Assembly (NCBI GenBank): GCA_010356995.1
Contig: ML996687.1
Location: 1,861,803 to 1,925,802 of the forward strand
From: Trichodelitschia bisporula
Taxonomy: Eukaryota
Reading direction: 5' to 3'
Length of the DNA: 64,000 nt
Below the pieces are notes generated by a model. That model made no database searches. It saw only the letters and a list, made by a program, of their open reading frames with translations, and had not been told where the DNA came from. How positions within the stretch are numbered: the stretch's first letter is position 1; each line of letters begins with the position of its first letter. Of the stretch, positions 23,238 through 36,038 are shown in pieces. The position numbers and the translations under genes were made by a program.

Positions 23238-23813
23238 GAGGAGGTGGAGATGAGAGGTTGGAGGGTTGATATCTGTCAGTTGAATCTGTGATACTCTTTG
23301 TATACGTCCTCGATTCTTCGTCCGATTAGCTGTGGCCCCTTCTTCTATCCTGCTTGTTCTACGTCATGTAAGATCCCGCTCAGAACCTTCGCCGTTAGTC
23401 CAGTCCACACTCACACAGGCCACTCACCATCGAAAGAGTAAGGTGGACGACGATCTAACTCCGAAGGGGAGAATCAATCCAACATTCACGTCAATGGCGA
23501 TGAGTAATGGGAACACGGCTCACGGCACGTATACAGAAACAATGAGTGCAGAGCTGCAGGCATGACGGAAGACGATCAAGAGAGGTGAGCGGTTAAGCTG
23601 CTCGAGACTAAATATTATGTCTGCCAAATGTGCTCCTTCCAATCTTACTATGCGAGGTTCTCTCAAGTGTGTCCCTTCCGGAAAGCGCAGAAAACCGCAG
23701 TCCACCTCATCAGGCAAAGATCCATGACCGTGAATATGTCGACGAAGCCTGAGATATAAGTATTTCACCATTGAGCCTGGGTGCTGAGACGTGCTTGCGC
23801 CGATATCCTTTCT

Positions 23814-24285
23814 CTTCATGGCAGATCGTAGACACATCCGTATACAGTATCACATCACCGAACATGGACAGGAAAACGTGCCTCAAGCGGAGTGGGTCGG
23901 TATAGTCCAGTACAGAATCCTATCTGCACCCGTTGAATCCGTTACTGCTGAAATCCACATTTACCGGTTGCGTTCCCAGCTCGTATTTGATAGGCACACA
24001 CGGCCGGTATTCGAGCCAAAAAGGAAACGAACTACGAGCCATGTTTCCTTAACTTCCCTCCGATGTAGCGCCACCAGAGGAAAGTCGAAGAAACATATCC
24101 CGCAGTTCGCATCCTTTTGGTACGACGACGACCGCACTTACCCACAAATACGGGCTCGACTCACACCCGGTAAACGCAGACTCCAGCAACAACGAAACAC
24201 AACAGGCGCAGACGCACATCAAGTACACGGCCACCAAACCCCATGGGCCCGCAAAAACCCCAATGTAAACGCCTCCAGTGCCCAT
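23814..24285 (-). pseudogene. Paralogous small-membrane-protein gene or relic (inverted copy of 18795-19204)
   Basis: ATGGGCACTGGAGG start, hydrophobic/Cys-rich stretch, GTGAGT donor 121 nt downstream, and a shared 3' block. Confidence 0.4.
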
Positions 24286-24322
24286 GAACATCAGTACCCG
24301 GTACCCCCCTCGCCCTACCCAG

Positions 24323-27300
24323 CTACGCCTCCTCCAAATACATTCTAAACCGCGGATCCCCCTCCAACCCACACGCCCTAACCGCCTCATAACAACAAAT
24401 CAACAACGCCGGAAACCTCACCGTCCAGTACCTTAAATACCCCGCCGGCAACTCGCCCACCCTCGCCTTGACATCCGCCGGCATATCCGCGTAATGGTTC
24501 TTCTTATTCCGCAGCGCGCGCAGCAAGTCCAGCATGCGGTCGCCCGTGTACTTGCGCTGCTTCCCCAGCGAATCGACGAACTTCTTGTCCAGCCTTTTCA
24601 AGAAATCGCCGCCGTGTACTTCGGACCCATAGGACTCGAGGGTTTGCAGGTCGGCGGAGGGCGGATCGCGCAGTTCGCGCTCCCAGTGGTCTGAGACGTC
24701 GCAGAGGAAGTTGAGGCGGGTTTGGGCGGACCAGAAGAAGGGGTGGTGCATTACTTGTTGAGCGGTAGGCCTGGTACATTAGTATAGGTTAGAGCACATG
24801 AGCAAAAAATACATACCGGTCCTCAGGCTTCGGCGCCACCATCCATTGAATCAGGTGCATCGGCTCCCGGGCATCATCGCCCAGACTAGCAAGCCTGCTA
24901 AAGTTCGACAGACCGCGCTTAATGTTGATTTCGCGTTCAGCGTTCCACGCCTCGCCGTCCTCGGTGTCAAAGGGATGCGCGCCATTGGTGAGTACGTAGA
25001 AGAAAACGCAGCCCAGCGAAAAGATATCCACCGCCCGCTTGACCCCCTGCGCCACAGTCTCAGTCGAGGTAGCGCTGTCGTTAGCCGTGCCCGAGCCTTG
25101 ACTCTCGGCGGCGTTCGTCGGCTTCCCAATCAGCTCCGGTGCCTTCCATCCAACAGTTCCAGCATTACCGGTTGTACCGACAAGCGTGCTCGCATTTTCG
25201 GGTAGCGTTCGGCAGAGTCCAAAGTCGGAAATGACAAAGCGAGGGCCGCCGCGATGGTTCTTCTTCGGGTAGGCGACGAGAATGTTCTGCGGCTTGATGT
25301 CGCGGTGGATGATGCGCAGGCTATGCAGGTGTGACAGGCCAGCTGCCAGTTGGTACAGCGCGCCAGGTACGTTCTTGTTGATCTCGTCGACAATAGTGAT
25401 CTGCTCGGATGGTCGGGCGTCCCTCGACCCGCCGTCATGGTACAGGTCCCACAGACTGGCCTGGCACCGTTCGACCACAATGAAGAGGAAGTCGCGACCC
25501 TTTTGGTGACAAAAGTACCGAATCACATTCGGGTGGTCGTCGCTCTGCCGCAGTAGCGCCACCTCCTGCGATGCAAGGTCAAAATGCTGGACCAGCATGC
25601 GTTTGATGGCAACCTCGCGGCTCTGAAAGATGCCCTCGTACACGACGGTGCCACCGCTGCCATAGCCGAGGATTCTACGTGGCGTAAATTTGAGATCGGG
25701 GTCCGCCTTATCGTCAAGCTCGACAACCGTGCCGTCGACAATGGCACACCACTCGGGCTCGATAGACCGTGTCGAGACAATGCCCTCGGAGATGCGTTCA
25801 ATCTCGCCGTCAATCTGCTCTTCATCGGCCTTGGCCTCGTCCTCCGACTTGGGCTTACGCTTTTTGCGTCCACCGCGCGTGCCACGGTGCGCTTTCTTCT
25901 TGCGGGGCGTTTCCGCCGCAGGATCGGCCTGATTGTCGCCCTCAGGGTCCGGAGTAGTGTCTGCTGATTCGGGACTGTCTGTGATATGTCCCTTGTCCGA
26001 GTCTTGCCCCTCCTCCTCTGGCATGGCAAAGTGCACCTTTCGTTCCAGTTTTAACTCGGGGACCGGGGTCTGCACCTCAGGAACGGCTGGCGCCACTGGC
26101 GTCGGGCGGACCTCCACATCCTTCGCACTGACAAGCACCTCCGAGGGTCGCGAAAAGGGGATTTTGTGGTTGAGGACGCTGGCCAGGATAACCGCTGCGA
26201 GGATCAGCGCCATGAGTTCTGCCCAGAAATTCTGGAACAGAAACGCGAAGCTCGAAAGAGGCGTACGGGGACCCGGGAGCAGCAGTTGTGGTGGCGGGGC
26301 CGGCAGCTCCGGCGTGATATCTTCCTCCTCTACTTCGTGCTGCACGCCGTCAATGGTGAGAATGGTCCGCTTTGACTTGGGTTCGGTGAGCGAGTGCACG
26401 CCAACAAGACCGTCTTCGATGTCGCACTGCGGCTTGTCCCAGAAGCTGCCCTGGTTGGATTCGTAGCATTCGGCGTTCGAGGCGCCCTCTGTGACGAAGG
26501 GATAGCTCGCCTCAGACAGCGCATACCAGCTGCCAGACTCGGTGCGGTTGAGGAACACGCGTCCCATTTGCTTTTCATCAGGCACGTGGGCCATCGGCTG
26601 AGGTAGCAGGACGAGCGGCGTGTTTTTGGCATCGACGACGCCTGGTCCAGAGATAGGGCGAACCACATCGAACACACGGATTACGGGCGAGGACGAAAAC
26701 TTTTTCTTATAGAGCGGTTTCTTCGTGTTGTCGTCCGTGTGTTGCAGGGCGACAATGCTGCCGTCGTAACGGGCGTAGATGTACAGATTGTCAAGACTCG
26801 ACTGGTACTGGGCCATCAGATCGCGATCGCGGTTGTTGGGCGTCCATTCGAAGTATTTTATCGTGCAGACGTGCTCCATGGTATCTTTGTCCTGGATGCC
26901 AATGGTGTACTCTGCCCGGCCGAGGTTGATGGTCTGGGTCGGCTCGCACTCGTCTCCCTCGAGATCCAGGGCGTTCATTTTGCGGCAGCTGCGGCCATCC
27001 ATGACGCTCGAGCTGCCTGCACTAAAAAACTTCAGGGCCTCGCCGCTTGTTGCATTCAGGGTGAATAGCGAGTTGCGTTTCTCGGCCGTATAGACAAATG
27101 GCGATGTTTCATCCGCGTACGGTGACAGCTCCTCGGTGAGCTGCTTGACGGTTATGCCCATCCTCCGCAGTGCACCATCCGGGCCGCGGACATAGACGTA
27201 CATGCTGCCATCCTGGTTCGGCTCGACGATCCACGTAAAGTCCTTCCAGTCCTCGACATCCGAATCGTTCTGTTTGTGGTACGAAATATCGACCATGGGC

Positions 27301-27779
27301 CTGCCAGTGTCGAAGCGCCACAATTCCTGGCCCGTAAGCCTGTCTCTGGCATAAAGTGAGCCATCAACCGTCGCCAAGAGGACTAATCTGTCAAACTCCC
27401 AGTCCTGCAGCTGTCGCGCGCGAGCACCGAGCACCGTGGACAAGCCATCGGAGGGTGCGGCTGCGAGGCGGGCAGGCTGGGGAATGGCTCGAACAGCAGC
27501 CAAGGAGTCTGCTGGAGCGATAGTCGCGACGGCGCGCTGGTTGTTCTTGTTGTTTTCCACAACAGGGGACGTGTGCTTTCCATTCCGGTATACAGTGTCG
27601 ACGCGCACCGACTGCACGTCGTGAGGGGCTAGCGGTGTGAGGGGCCGCTGGAGCGCCGCGTTTTCCTGTGGGGAGATGCGGTGCTCGTTCGAAGGCGGTT
27701 GCTGCTGCCGAGCAACCGCCCCCACGATAGCAAAGAGGAGTACGGTGGTGACATGGAGTGGATTGAAAGCGTTTGGCAT
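24323..27779 (-). CDS. IRE1: Ser/Thr kinase/endoribonuclease IRE1 (UPR sensor); intron 24771-24816
   Basis: Signal peptide, luminal 'LLATVDGSLYARDR', TM segment, kinase (LGYGSGGTVV, VAIKRM, HRDIKPQN, SDFG) and KEN RNase domain ('LLRALRNKKNHY'). Confidence 0.97.
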
Positions 27780-29234
27780 AATTCTAGTATGAAGACAAAG
27801 CCCGTCGCCGGCTCAGGGAGAGCCAGTGGCAGAGCATCAGCGGTAGGGAGCGGGAGAGGAGAGAGGGAGCAAAGTCGAGAGCACTGATGGCGGGGGTTTG
27901 AAGAGTTGATGAGATTAAACGTCGGTCTCGTTTCGTTTCTGGCGTTATTTGAGGATTGAGTCGGGTTGGGGTTTGGAGTGGGAGTGGAGGATTATGGAGG
28001 AGAGTGAGAGAGAGATGAAGTGCGGCAGTGACAGTGTGTGTGGCCCTCAGCGTATGAGCTGAGGTGAGCGCCGGAGGGAGCGAAGAGAACAAGGGTCGGG
28101 TTGCGGTCTTCGACCAATCAATTGCCACCCCCTGGCGTCGCGACACGCACTGGTGCAGCCCTTTGCAGCGCTTGTGTGTGGAACTAAACGCTGGTATAAG
28201 GAGCTATGGAGTTGCTAGAGTGGAGTAGTATGCGGGGGTGGGGTTGGGGCGGATATAAAGTTTGGAATGGAGGCTGGTTTGGAGCAGAAAGCACAGGAGC
28301 AGGAGGAGCAGCGAGCGTGAGGATCGAAGACTTGATATGCGGGGGAAGTCGAAAAATGAGAAGTCGAAGAAGTGGAAGGCATTCCACCACCGCCCGCCCC
28401 CTTCTTCCATGCAAATCGCCCTGTCTTGAGTACAGAAAGGCCAACAGCGGCTCGCCTGAGGGCCATGTCACCAACCATGACATACCTAAAATTCCTTTCT
28501 TGCAAATCAACCATAGTACAAACCCGCCTTCCGCCATCCTCCCCGCCTCCCGCTGGTACGTTTCACCGCACGACTCGAGACATCCATCTCGACTCAACCC
28601 CTCACTCGCCCATACCCACATTCAGCGACGTCCAAGCCTCGGCCTCGAAAAGCATGCCAACTCAGAAACGTCAGGCAGCCGTCGATTGCACCTTAGCGGG
28701 CGATCTTCCAGCTTCGATTAATCTATCGCGTGCGCTGCCCGCAAAATTTGCAACGCCATTGCGAGGCATGCCCGGACGAGTGACCACAATCTATGGAAAC
28801 AGCGTACAAAATCACTCTTCGCCACCCGTCAGGCACGGGAGTGCGGTGCGGGTGCGCCCGTTCGAGGCCGGCGCGTGCAACGGATATATCCGTGAGCGGT
28901 CGAGTTTAATCTATCCGCTTGCTAGTGTTTGCCGCAGTGGCGAGAGGCTGGTAGCAAGGTGGTACGTGGGATCTCATATCGAGCGGCGCGAAGATGAGGA
29001 CTGTTTAATGCGGTCTGCGTTACATCAGTCTGTCGACGACGGGACGACACTCGGTTTTCTGGGTGGTCGTTGATGAAGCTAGACGTCTGATCGAAGATAA
29101 GGTGGGAATGCTCTTGCGTCCTCTTTACGTCAGGACGAGATCGGTTTTCGATGACTTGCACGATGAAATGGAGATGTGCTCATGGACTGCCTGAAAAAGT
29201 CGTGGCCGCCCCGCTTACGCATCTTTACGGACGT

Positions 29235-29720
29235 GGCGGGCATGATCTTTTAGGGTGCCTGTTGGCTAACACATGGTCTCGCAGGTGAAGCATATGCTGT
29301 CATTCCGTTGACGTCCGAGCAAGTCTCCACCGTACATCCATCCCATCCGCTTTGAAACCAACACTTCCTCGAGTATTATCACACCTCAAGATCGTCCCCA
29401 TATCGCCTGGTTGGACAAATAATCCCTCTTCAACCCGCCTGTGTTGGCTGGTTGGTCATTGTTGTTGGCTTGTCATTGGTGGGACGGCCCAACTTCATCC
29501 CTCGTCAAGTTGGGGAAGCACCGTGCTCCAAACCAACCCAACTACGTCGAGATCACTCGATGCTGGGTCAAACACAGGATCTTCTACATCTCTTCCAAGC
29601 GTGTTCTATTGGGTTCATATCGGGCCAGTGCGCGGGCTAGCCAGAATAATTGACTGGCCCACGTACTGGCCGAATATGAACCCAATCGAACACGGATGGT
29701 AAAGGTGTAGAAGATCCTGT
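29235..29720 (+). mobile_element. Degenerate Tc1/mariner (DDE_3) transposase relic
   Basis: 'GMIF*GAC' at ~29240 resembles the vMvWG motif. 'DWPTYWPNMNPIEHGW*' at 29652-29702 resembles WPxxSPDLNPIExxW. Confidence 0.65.
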
Positions 29721-29947
29721 ATAAAGACGATGAACCGTTCTCATTCCATCTCGGCCTGGCCATATGCCATACCGTTACAACTGGATCTGGGCGAGCGTTA
29801 GGGCCCGTCCGGTCAAGGTCGGGATATGAGTCGACTCCTTATCCGATCTCCATTGAAATGCGAAGCTGATTTTATCTCTAGGATGTCTAGAGGATTGCTT
29901 CCATCCGATAGATGCCAGGACGTAATCTTGCTTCTTGTAAGATCATC

Positions 29948-30184
29948 GAGCTCTCGAAGGTCTTTATTTAATATCTCTTTGATTTTCTTCCAAACGTGCG
30001 CGATTGGCTTTCTTCCAGGCGAATGCGCGGGCAGGTCAATCATCCCGATTCCGTACCGCTCAATAAACCCCTTCGAGTTGCTACAAATCTCCGATTGACC
30101 CGCCCGCTCATTCGCCTGAAAGCAACCTCATCGAGCACGTGGAAGAAAATCAAAGAGATATTGAATAAAGACTTCCCGGAGCTC
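29948..30184. mobile_element. Two further Tc1/mariner transposase C-terminal fragments in inverted orientation (arms 29948-30040 and 30094-30184)
   Basis: Minus arm: IDLPAHSPGRKPIAHVWKKIKEILNKDLREL. Plus arm: IDPPAHSPE..IEH/WKKIKEILNKDFPEL. The arms are near-complementary at DNA level. Confidence 0.75.
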
Positions 30185-30228
30185 AATCTGGACAAGTCCG
30201 CCTTGACAGCCGACCTCTCATCAAACAA

Positions 30229-30235
30229 GCGGCTT

Positions 30236-30266
<31 letters not shown>

Positions 30267-30332
30267 CATTCAGTCGGAATTCGGCACACTGTGCTAATCT
30301 GAAGGTCACCCGTTCGATCCGGGTAAGCCGCA
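30229..30332 (+). tRNA. tRNA-Phe(GAA) with 31-nt intron (30266-30296)
   Basis: GCGGCTT TA GCTC AGTTGGGA GAGC G TCAGA CT GAA G [intron] A TCTGA AGGTC ACCCG TTCGATC CGGGT AAGCCGC A, followed by a T5 terminator. Confidence 0.96.
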
Positions 30333-30996
30333 ACCCTTTTTGCTCTCTTTGCTTTTGGGACCGGAGTGGAAGGGCTAGGGAGGGAGCTGGATGAAAACGT
30401 AGAGACGAGAAGATTTTTTTTGGGCCGGGGATGCCTTGTGTTCATTATCAGGAGCTTGGGCCGCGTGTACAGGGCACCTTGAGGATCTGCTGGCCGGTTG
30501 GCATGTTCGGCTCACGATGTATGTTGCAAGAGGAGGAGGAGTGGTAGTGAGGCTGGGATATAGACTGAGCCTGAATCACATATATTCCCGAGAAAGCAAT
30601 CGGACCAAAGTTCCTCTTATACTCGAATCATCTCTCCCATGCTCCGTTCGTCTACACCCCGCCCTTAACCACCTGTCGCTTCTCCAACCACATACCAACC
30701 AAAACCTCACCATCAGCATATCGTCAAAAGCATCAGTAGTAGCACCACGCACATCCATTATGAAAAAAGCCTCATACACCTCCCACAATTACCCTCCAAC
30801 CCTCCAACCCCCCTCCCCAAAACGCAAAAAGGGTGTACGAAGGCAGCACAAGCAAGCCCTCCACCACAGAATATACAACTGCGCCCTGCGCCCTCCCCCA
30901 AACATTACCCCCTTCATCTCATCCCATCAGTCCCACCCCATCATCCCCATCCCCTCATCCTAATCATCATCCCCCCCCCCCTACTCCTCCCTAACT

Positions 30997-31206
30997 TCAA
31001 CCCAGCCTCGCCGCCCTCGCCTGTTTTCTCGCCTGCAACTTCTTGTACATAAACAAGCTGCCGAGCAAGAGGGCAATGGCGCCGACAATGGCAAACACGA
31101 GGATGACGCCCGGCTCGCGCGCGGCCCAGTTCTTCTTGCGCTTTTCCAGGAGATGGAGTGTTTCGGCGGCGCGCGGCATGAGGTGGGTGAGGGCGAGGGC
31201 GGGCAT
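30997..31206 (-). CDS. Small single-pass membrane protein (69 aa)
   Basis: ACAATG start; 'EKRKKNWAAREPGVILVFAIVGAIALLLGSLFMYKKLQARK' is a TM helix with a basic tail. Confidence 0.7.
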   Translation of the reverse strand: MPALALTHLMPRAAETLHLLEKRKKNWAAREPGVILVFAIVGAIALLLGSLFMYKKLQARKQARAARLG

Positions 31207-33241
31207 TGTTGTTGTGTGTGTGAGGGGTCTGCTGGTGTTATTGGGGTGTGATGGGGGGCGGGGGGAGGGACGTACGGTGTGTGTAGAGAGGTGGTGGTGG
31301 TAGTGAGGGTTGGAGAAGGTTGGAGAGGTTGGTGGTTGTGATAGTGGATGGATGCGATGGTGCTGGCGCGGCGTGAGCAAAGCAAAGCAAGAAGCACTCG
31401 AGCAGCGCAAGCGACGTATATCAAGCGATCCGAGTCTCTGCAAAAAAAAAAATCCTCAAGAACAAGAAACCCGTAGCAAGTAGCAACTACACCCGACCAG
31501 CCGCCGGCGGCCGGGCGCGCTATGGCACAGGGCAATCCCCGAGCGCGGCCGCGCGACAATTTGCATTGCTGCCAGAGACCTTCGCGTCGAGGACTGGTGT
31601 ACTTTGTTCCGAGGGCCCCGTTGGTGAGAATCTCCGAGGGGAACGCGGTGCGGGATTTTGCGTGCCAGCCGATGACGACGGGTGGGGCGGGCGGAGGGGA
31701 AGGATTGGGGAGGGGAATTGGAGCTGGAGCTCGAGCTTAAGGAAAAGGTACTCACATCTAACAGCTCAATCCCTCAAACACAGGTAACAGCAGCAAGTAC
31801 ACAGTCAAAATCTCACGACAATCACAGTACCGTAGATGACGAGGTGAAGAGGTGAAGAAGAGGCGAGGAGGAAGAGAAGAATGCCGTCAGCCGGCCGGCC
31901 CCCCCAAGCTTCCCTCCCCTCCCGCGCCCTGTTGCCAACCTCCCACCCTTCCCACCCCCACTGATTGGCGCGCGATTAGCTACTGCAGTCTCCACCGCCC
32001 TAGCCCTTCCGCGACGGGTGGGGCATGGGAATGGGAGCGCGAATTTTGCTTCCTACCGTGGTAAATCCGTACAGGTTCGCGGGTTCCGGGTCCCGGATGC
32101 CCGTTGCGGTACTCGTATGTGTGCCGGGTGTACCGCTCACGCGAGCAGCTCCAGCAGAAGGCAGAGCAGCAGCAGCAGCCGAAGAGCTCGACGGCCGCAA
32201 TTGAGGCAGAGTTAGAGCACAGCGGTATCACGACTCATCCCCTCGCTCGGCGCAGAGCTCGCGACTCATAGCTGTAGCACACCCAGCCAGGCCAGGGCAG
32301 GGAAGGAAAACAGGCGTCGTCATTCCCCACCCAGGCCCGGTCCCACCGGTACGAAGTTTACTTGCACTTACCCACCACTTCATTCCGCCTTTGCCAAATA
32401 CCAACCCGCTTGCCAATTCCGGGCCAACACCGCGCGGGACATTTGCTCCAAGAGCGCGAATATACGTATTAGATCTAGCTACCTCGTACTCAGAGCCGTT
32501 ACGAAGATGGAACCGCGGCAGAGACTCGGGTTGATGAGCAAGGCTGACCTCAGCGGCGCCGTCTGTGCGGTCCGCCCTGCCTGTGGTTGGGGGCAGTAGC
32601 TTGGCGGGATAAGCTTTTGAGGGCTGGGTGTGCATGTGCGCGCGGCCGTTGTTGTGTGGGTTTTTTTGGGAGGGGTTTTGTTTGCTTACCTCGTACTGTT
32701 CTGCTTGTAAGTATTGCGGCTTGTCTGCTTCGTTGGAGGGTGGTGGTGAGATGCGGATGTAGAGGATGATGTGATCGCGATCGTGGTGCCGTTTTGTCCC
32801 TTGGCGGCGTGGATGCTTATCTGCGCACGCTACGCTATTAAGCGTACGGGAGCTTGTCGCTTGGCGTCCAACGGTCATCACGATGCGGCGCGGACTCGAT
32901 ATTCAATGCGCTTTGTTGATGATGTCAATCCCATATGCTTCGGTAGTACCATCCTACCCATCAACTACCACATCCCCCTCCAAGTCCTCCAAAAGCCATA
33001 CCATCCATAAAAAACGCCAACCAGATATGCATCCACCACCACCCGCCCAAATTCCAGTCTCACAAAAAGCCAAAAAGCGCCAGATATATCGCCCTAAGAT
33101 GCCGCTGCAGTCTGCTGGCCCGATCCGCAAAACCCAACCCAGCCTACCCTTTTAAGACTCCAAAGCTGAAAACGCAAGCAAGAATACGAACTCCTAAAGT
33201 AAAACCCGTCACTCATCGCCCCCGATCCACTCTAAGCCCGG

Positions 33242-36038
33242 CTACAACTCCTCCTCAACCTCCATCCCCTCCGCCTCCTCCGCCACTGTGGCCTCTGGAC
33301 CTGCACTCCGCGTAGCGCAGTACTGGACAATGAGCCGCTCCAGATCATGCAACTTGTACGGCTTCGTCAAAAAGCCCCTCATCCCCGCCTTCGCAGCGCG
33401 CTTGAGCGCCTCATCCGTAACATCGGCCGTAACAGCCAGAATCGTCGGCCTCGCCTTCCAGCGCGGATTCCACGTCGCCTGCTCCCCACCAGCCTCCCCC
33501 TCCGCAATCTGACCCTCCGCCTCAACCTCCTCTTCCTCGCTCCCGCTCCCGCCGGGCCCCGCAGGCGCCATGCCAAGAATGCGCTCGCTCGCCTCATACC
33601 CGTCCATAAACGGCATCCACAGATCCATAAGCACGACGTCGACGTCCCGGCCGCGTGGGCTCTGCATCACACGCACCGCGTCCGCGCCGTCGTACGCCTC
33701 GTGCACACTCGCGTACCCCAGCTTGGCGAGCATGCTCACCAGCAGCCGGCGGTTGATCTTATTATCCTCGACGACCAGGAAGGTAAGCGGATACCGCGCG
33801 GCCAGTTTGCGGTCAAACGCCTCGCCGCGCTTGGCGCCCGCTGCCGGGGTGGGCACTTTCCCGTCGAGGGGCGACGGCGAGCGCCGCCGGGAGCTCGTAA
33901 GAGTAGAGCGGCCACGCTTGCGTGTCTGCGCGAGGGCGGTGCGGCGTGAGCGAGGGGTAGGAATGTCCGTGGAGCTGATGCTGTCGCGGGACGCGGAGGA
34001 GCGGTGCATAGGCTCCGTGGGGACGCGAGTGGCGGAGCGAGAGCGCGGGGAAGGAGACGCAAAGGGTGAGGAGGGGATGTCGAACGGCGAGGTCGGGACG
34101 CGCATTTCGAACTCGGAACCCCGGTGGGGGCCGGTGGTGTCGGAGCGCACGCACTTAAGTTGGCCGCCTAGCTTGTGGGCTAGGCCCTTTGCCACGTAGA
34201 GCCCGAGGCCCAGGCCCTCGGTTACGCGGGTTAGGGAGTCGTCTTCTTTGCTGAATGGCTTGAAGAGGTTGGGTAAGAAGGATTCCGGGATTCCGGGGCC
34301 GCTGTCGCGGATGTTGATCACGATGAAACGCGAGCGAGGGCTGAGGCGCACAGTTAGGACGATGCGACCCTCCTCGGTGAACTTGAGCGCGTTGAGGAAG
34401 ACGCCGGTAATTACTCTCGCAAGGTCTTGTTCGTCGACTGTGAGGGATTAGTAAGGGATCTAGATAAGATCAACGGGACGTACTGAGAATCGTTTCCGGC
34501 ACGCCTGGGTCTACGCTCCACTCTATCATCTTGATCTTCACTTCGCCATTTGGCCGCGCGACCATTACTTCGATCAACTCGCCGCCTTCTGTTTCTCGGG
34601 CAATTGCAGAATCAGGCCGTCCGCCAACCTTCAGGGAGTCGTTGACAAGGTATTGCAGTAGGTCGCGGATATTCGTGTGACGCAGGCCGGGCGGCAAAAT
34701 GCCGTGTTTTGCGCTCAGCATATCCATGGATGACGTCCCGTCTGGAATTCCCCTCGAGTAATCATCACCAAAGTCCGAAGCCGGGTACGGTTCGCCTTTG
34801 CAGCGACCATTGATACGGTTTGGTGACGGTTCAAGCGTGCGGCGCTGTTTCGAGGGCTTGTAACAATGAGACTCGCTGAGCCTGCGCCTCTTGACGCTCT
34901 TGAAGTTGATCGGGACATTATCGCCCGTGACCACGATATCCGGCCTCTTCTCCAGGTGCCTCTTGCCCCAGGGTTCCTTCTCGGGCGGCGAGATTGGCAT
35001 CTCCGGCACGCCCATGTTCATGTCGTACGCGTACACTACGTTGTCCGCCGCTTCGACTGCGCGACGCGAGCTGTCCTGCACCACCTCGATGTTCTCTTTC
35101 AGCAGACGGAACACAGCGCGCATGCCGGGGTCAGTGGCGCCCTCGCTTGCCTCCTGTACTGTTGCGTACATGACATCTAGCATGCCGACAACACCCTGCA
35201 TCGGCGTGCGCAGCTCATGCGACAAGCTGCGCGCATACGGCTTGAGCGACTGCGCGGCCGTAACGACCTCATGGGGGATAACGGGTCCGAAGGATTGCGT
35301 CTGGGCCAGCTTCGCGAAGTTGCTGCGCTCGAACGCAGCCACGACCATGTCCTCCAGCGCGTGCATCATTATCTCCATATACGCCCAGCTGAGTCGCCGC
35401 CGCTTGATGCCCGCCGCCGACCACATGACGCCGAAATGCGCAAAGCACTTGCCATCCTGCCACAGCGGAATTGCAAGGTATGCCTCCGCCGGTACGACGA
35501 AGGCAGCCTTGTTCGGGTTGTCGACCACCACCTCGTTCAGCCGCTCCGGAATGACCAACACCTTGTCGTGGCGCATGTGTTCGCAGGGACACCCGTAGAC
35601 GATGTACTTGACACCCGGCTGGTTGCCCTCAGTGCCCTTCTCATCATTGTAGTACCACGTTTGTGCCATGAGACACGATCCTGGGGCGCCATATGGGGGA
35701 ATTTCGACCGACGAATCCTGGTTGTTGGCAAGAATGCGCTTAGAAACGAACCCATACTGCGCATCGACTAGCTTTGCCATACCCTCAGACAGTGTCGCCC
35801 AAAATTCATCTGGCTTCGCCTGACGCAGACGCGCCTTGAGCAGCACCAGCGCCTCGGCCGCGTTGCTCTCGGTCGCCGCATACCACTTGTCCAGCTCTTG
35901 CTTGAAGCCTGCGTTGCCGCGCTGCAACACGGTGCCCGGCTGCGGAATGGAAATACACAGCGTCGAACGCTCTTGTAGCAGAGTGTCTGGCGGCTCGGTG
36001 TCGCCGTCCGGGCGAGCTACATCGCTGGCGCCCTCCAT
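33242..36038 (-). CDS. Hybrid two-component histidine kinase with GAF-like N-terminus (HHK3-like); intron 34438-34483
   Basis: H-box 'SLSHELRTPMQGVVGML', N-box 'NALKFT', G1/F/G2 'DSGPGIP..LFKPF..GLGLGL', and receiver 'LVVEDN..VLMDLWMP..FLTKPY'. Confidence 0.93.

Noticed and set aside
30266..30296. tRNA-Phe intron segment TTCAGTC complementary to the anticodon arm
   Set aside because: Anticodon-intron pairing is an established feature of pre-tRNAs.
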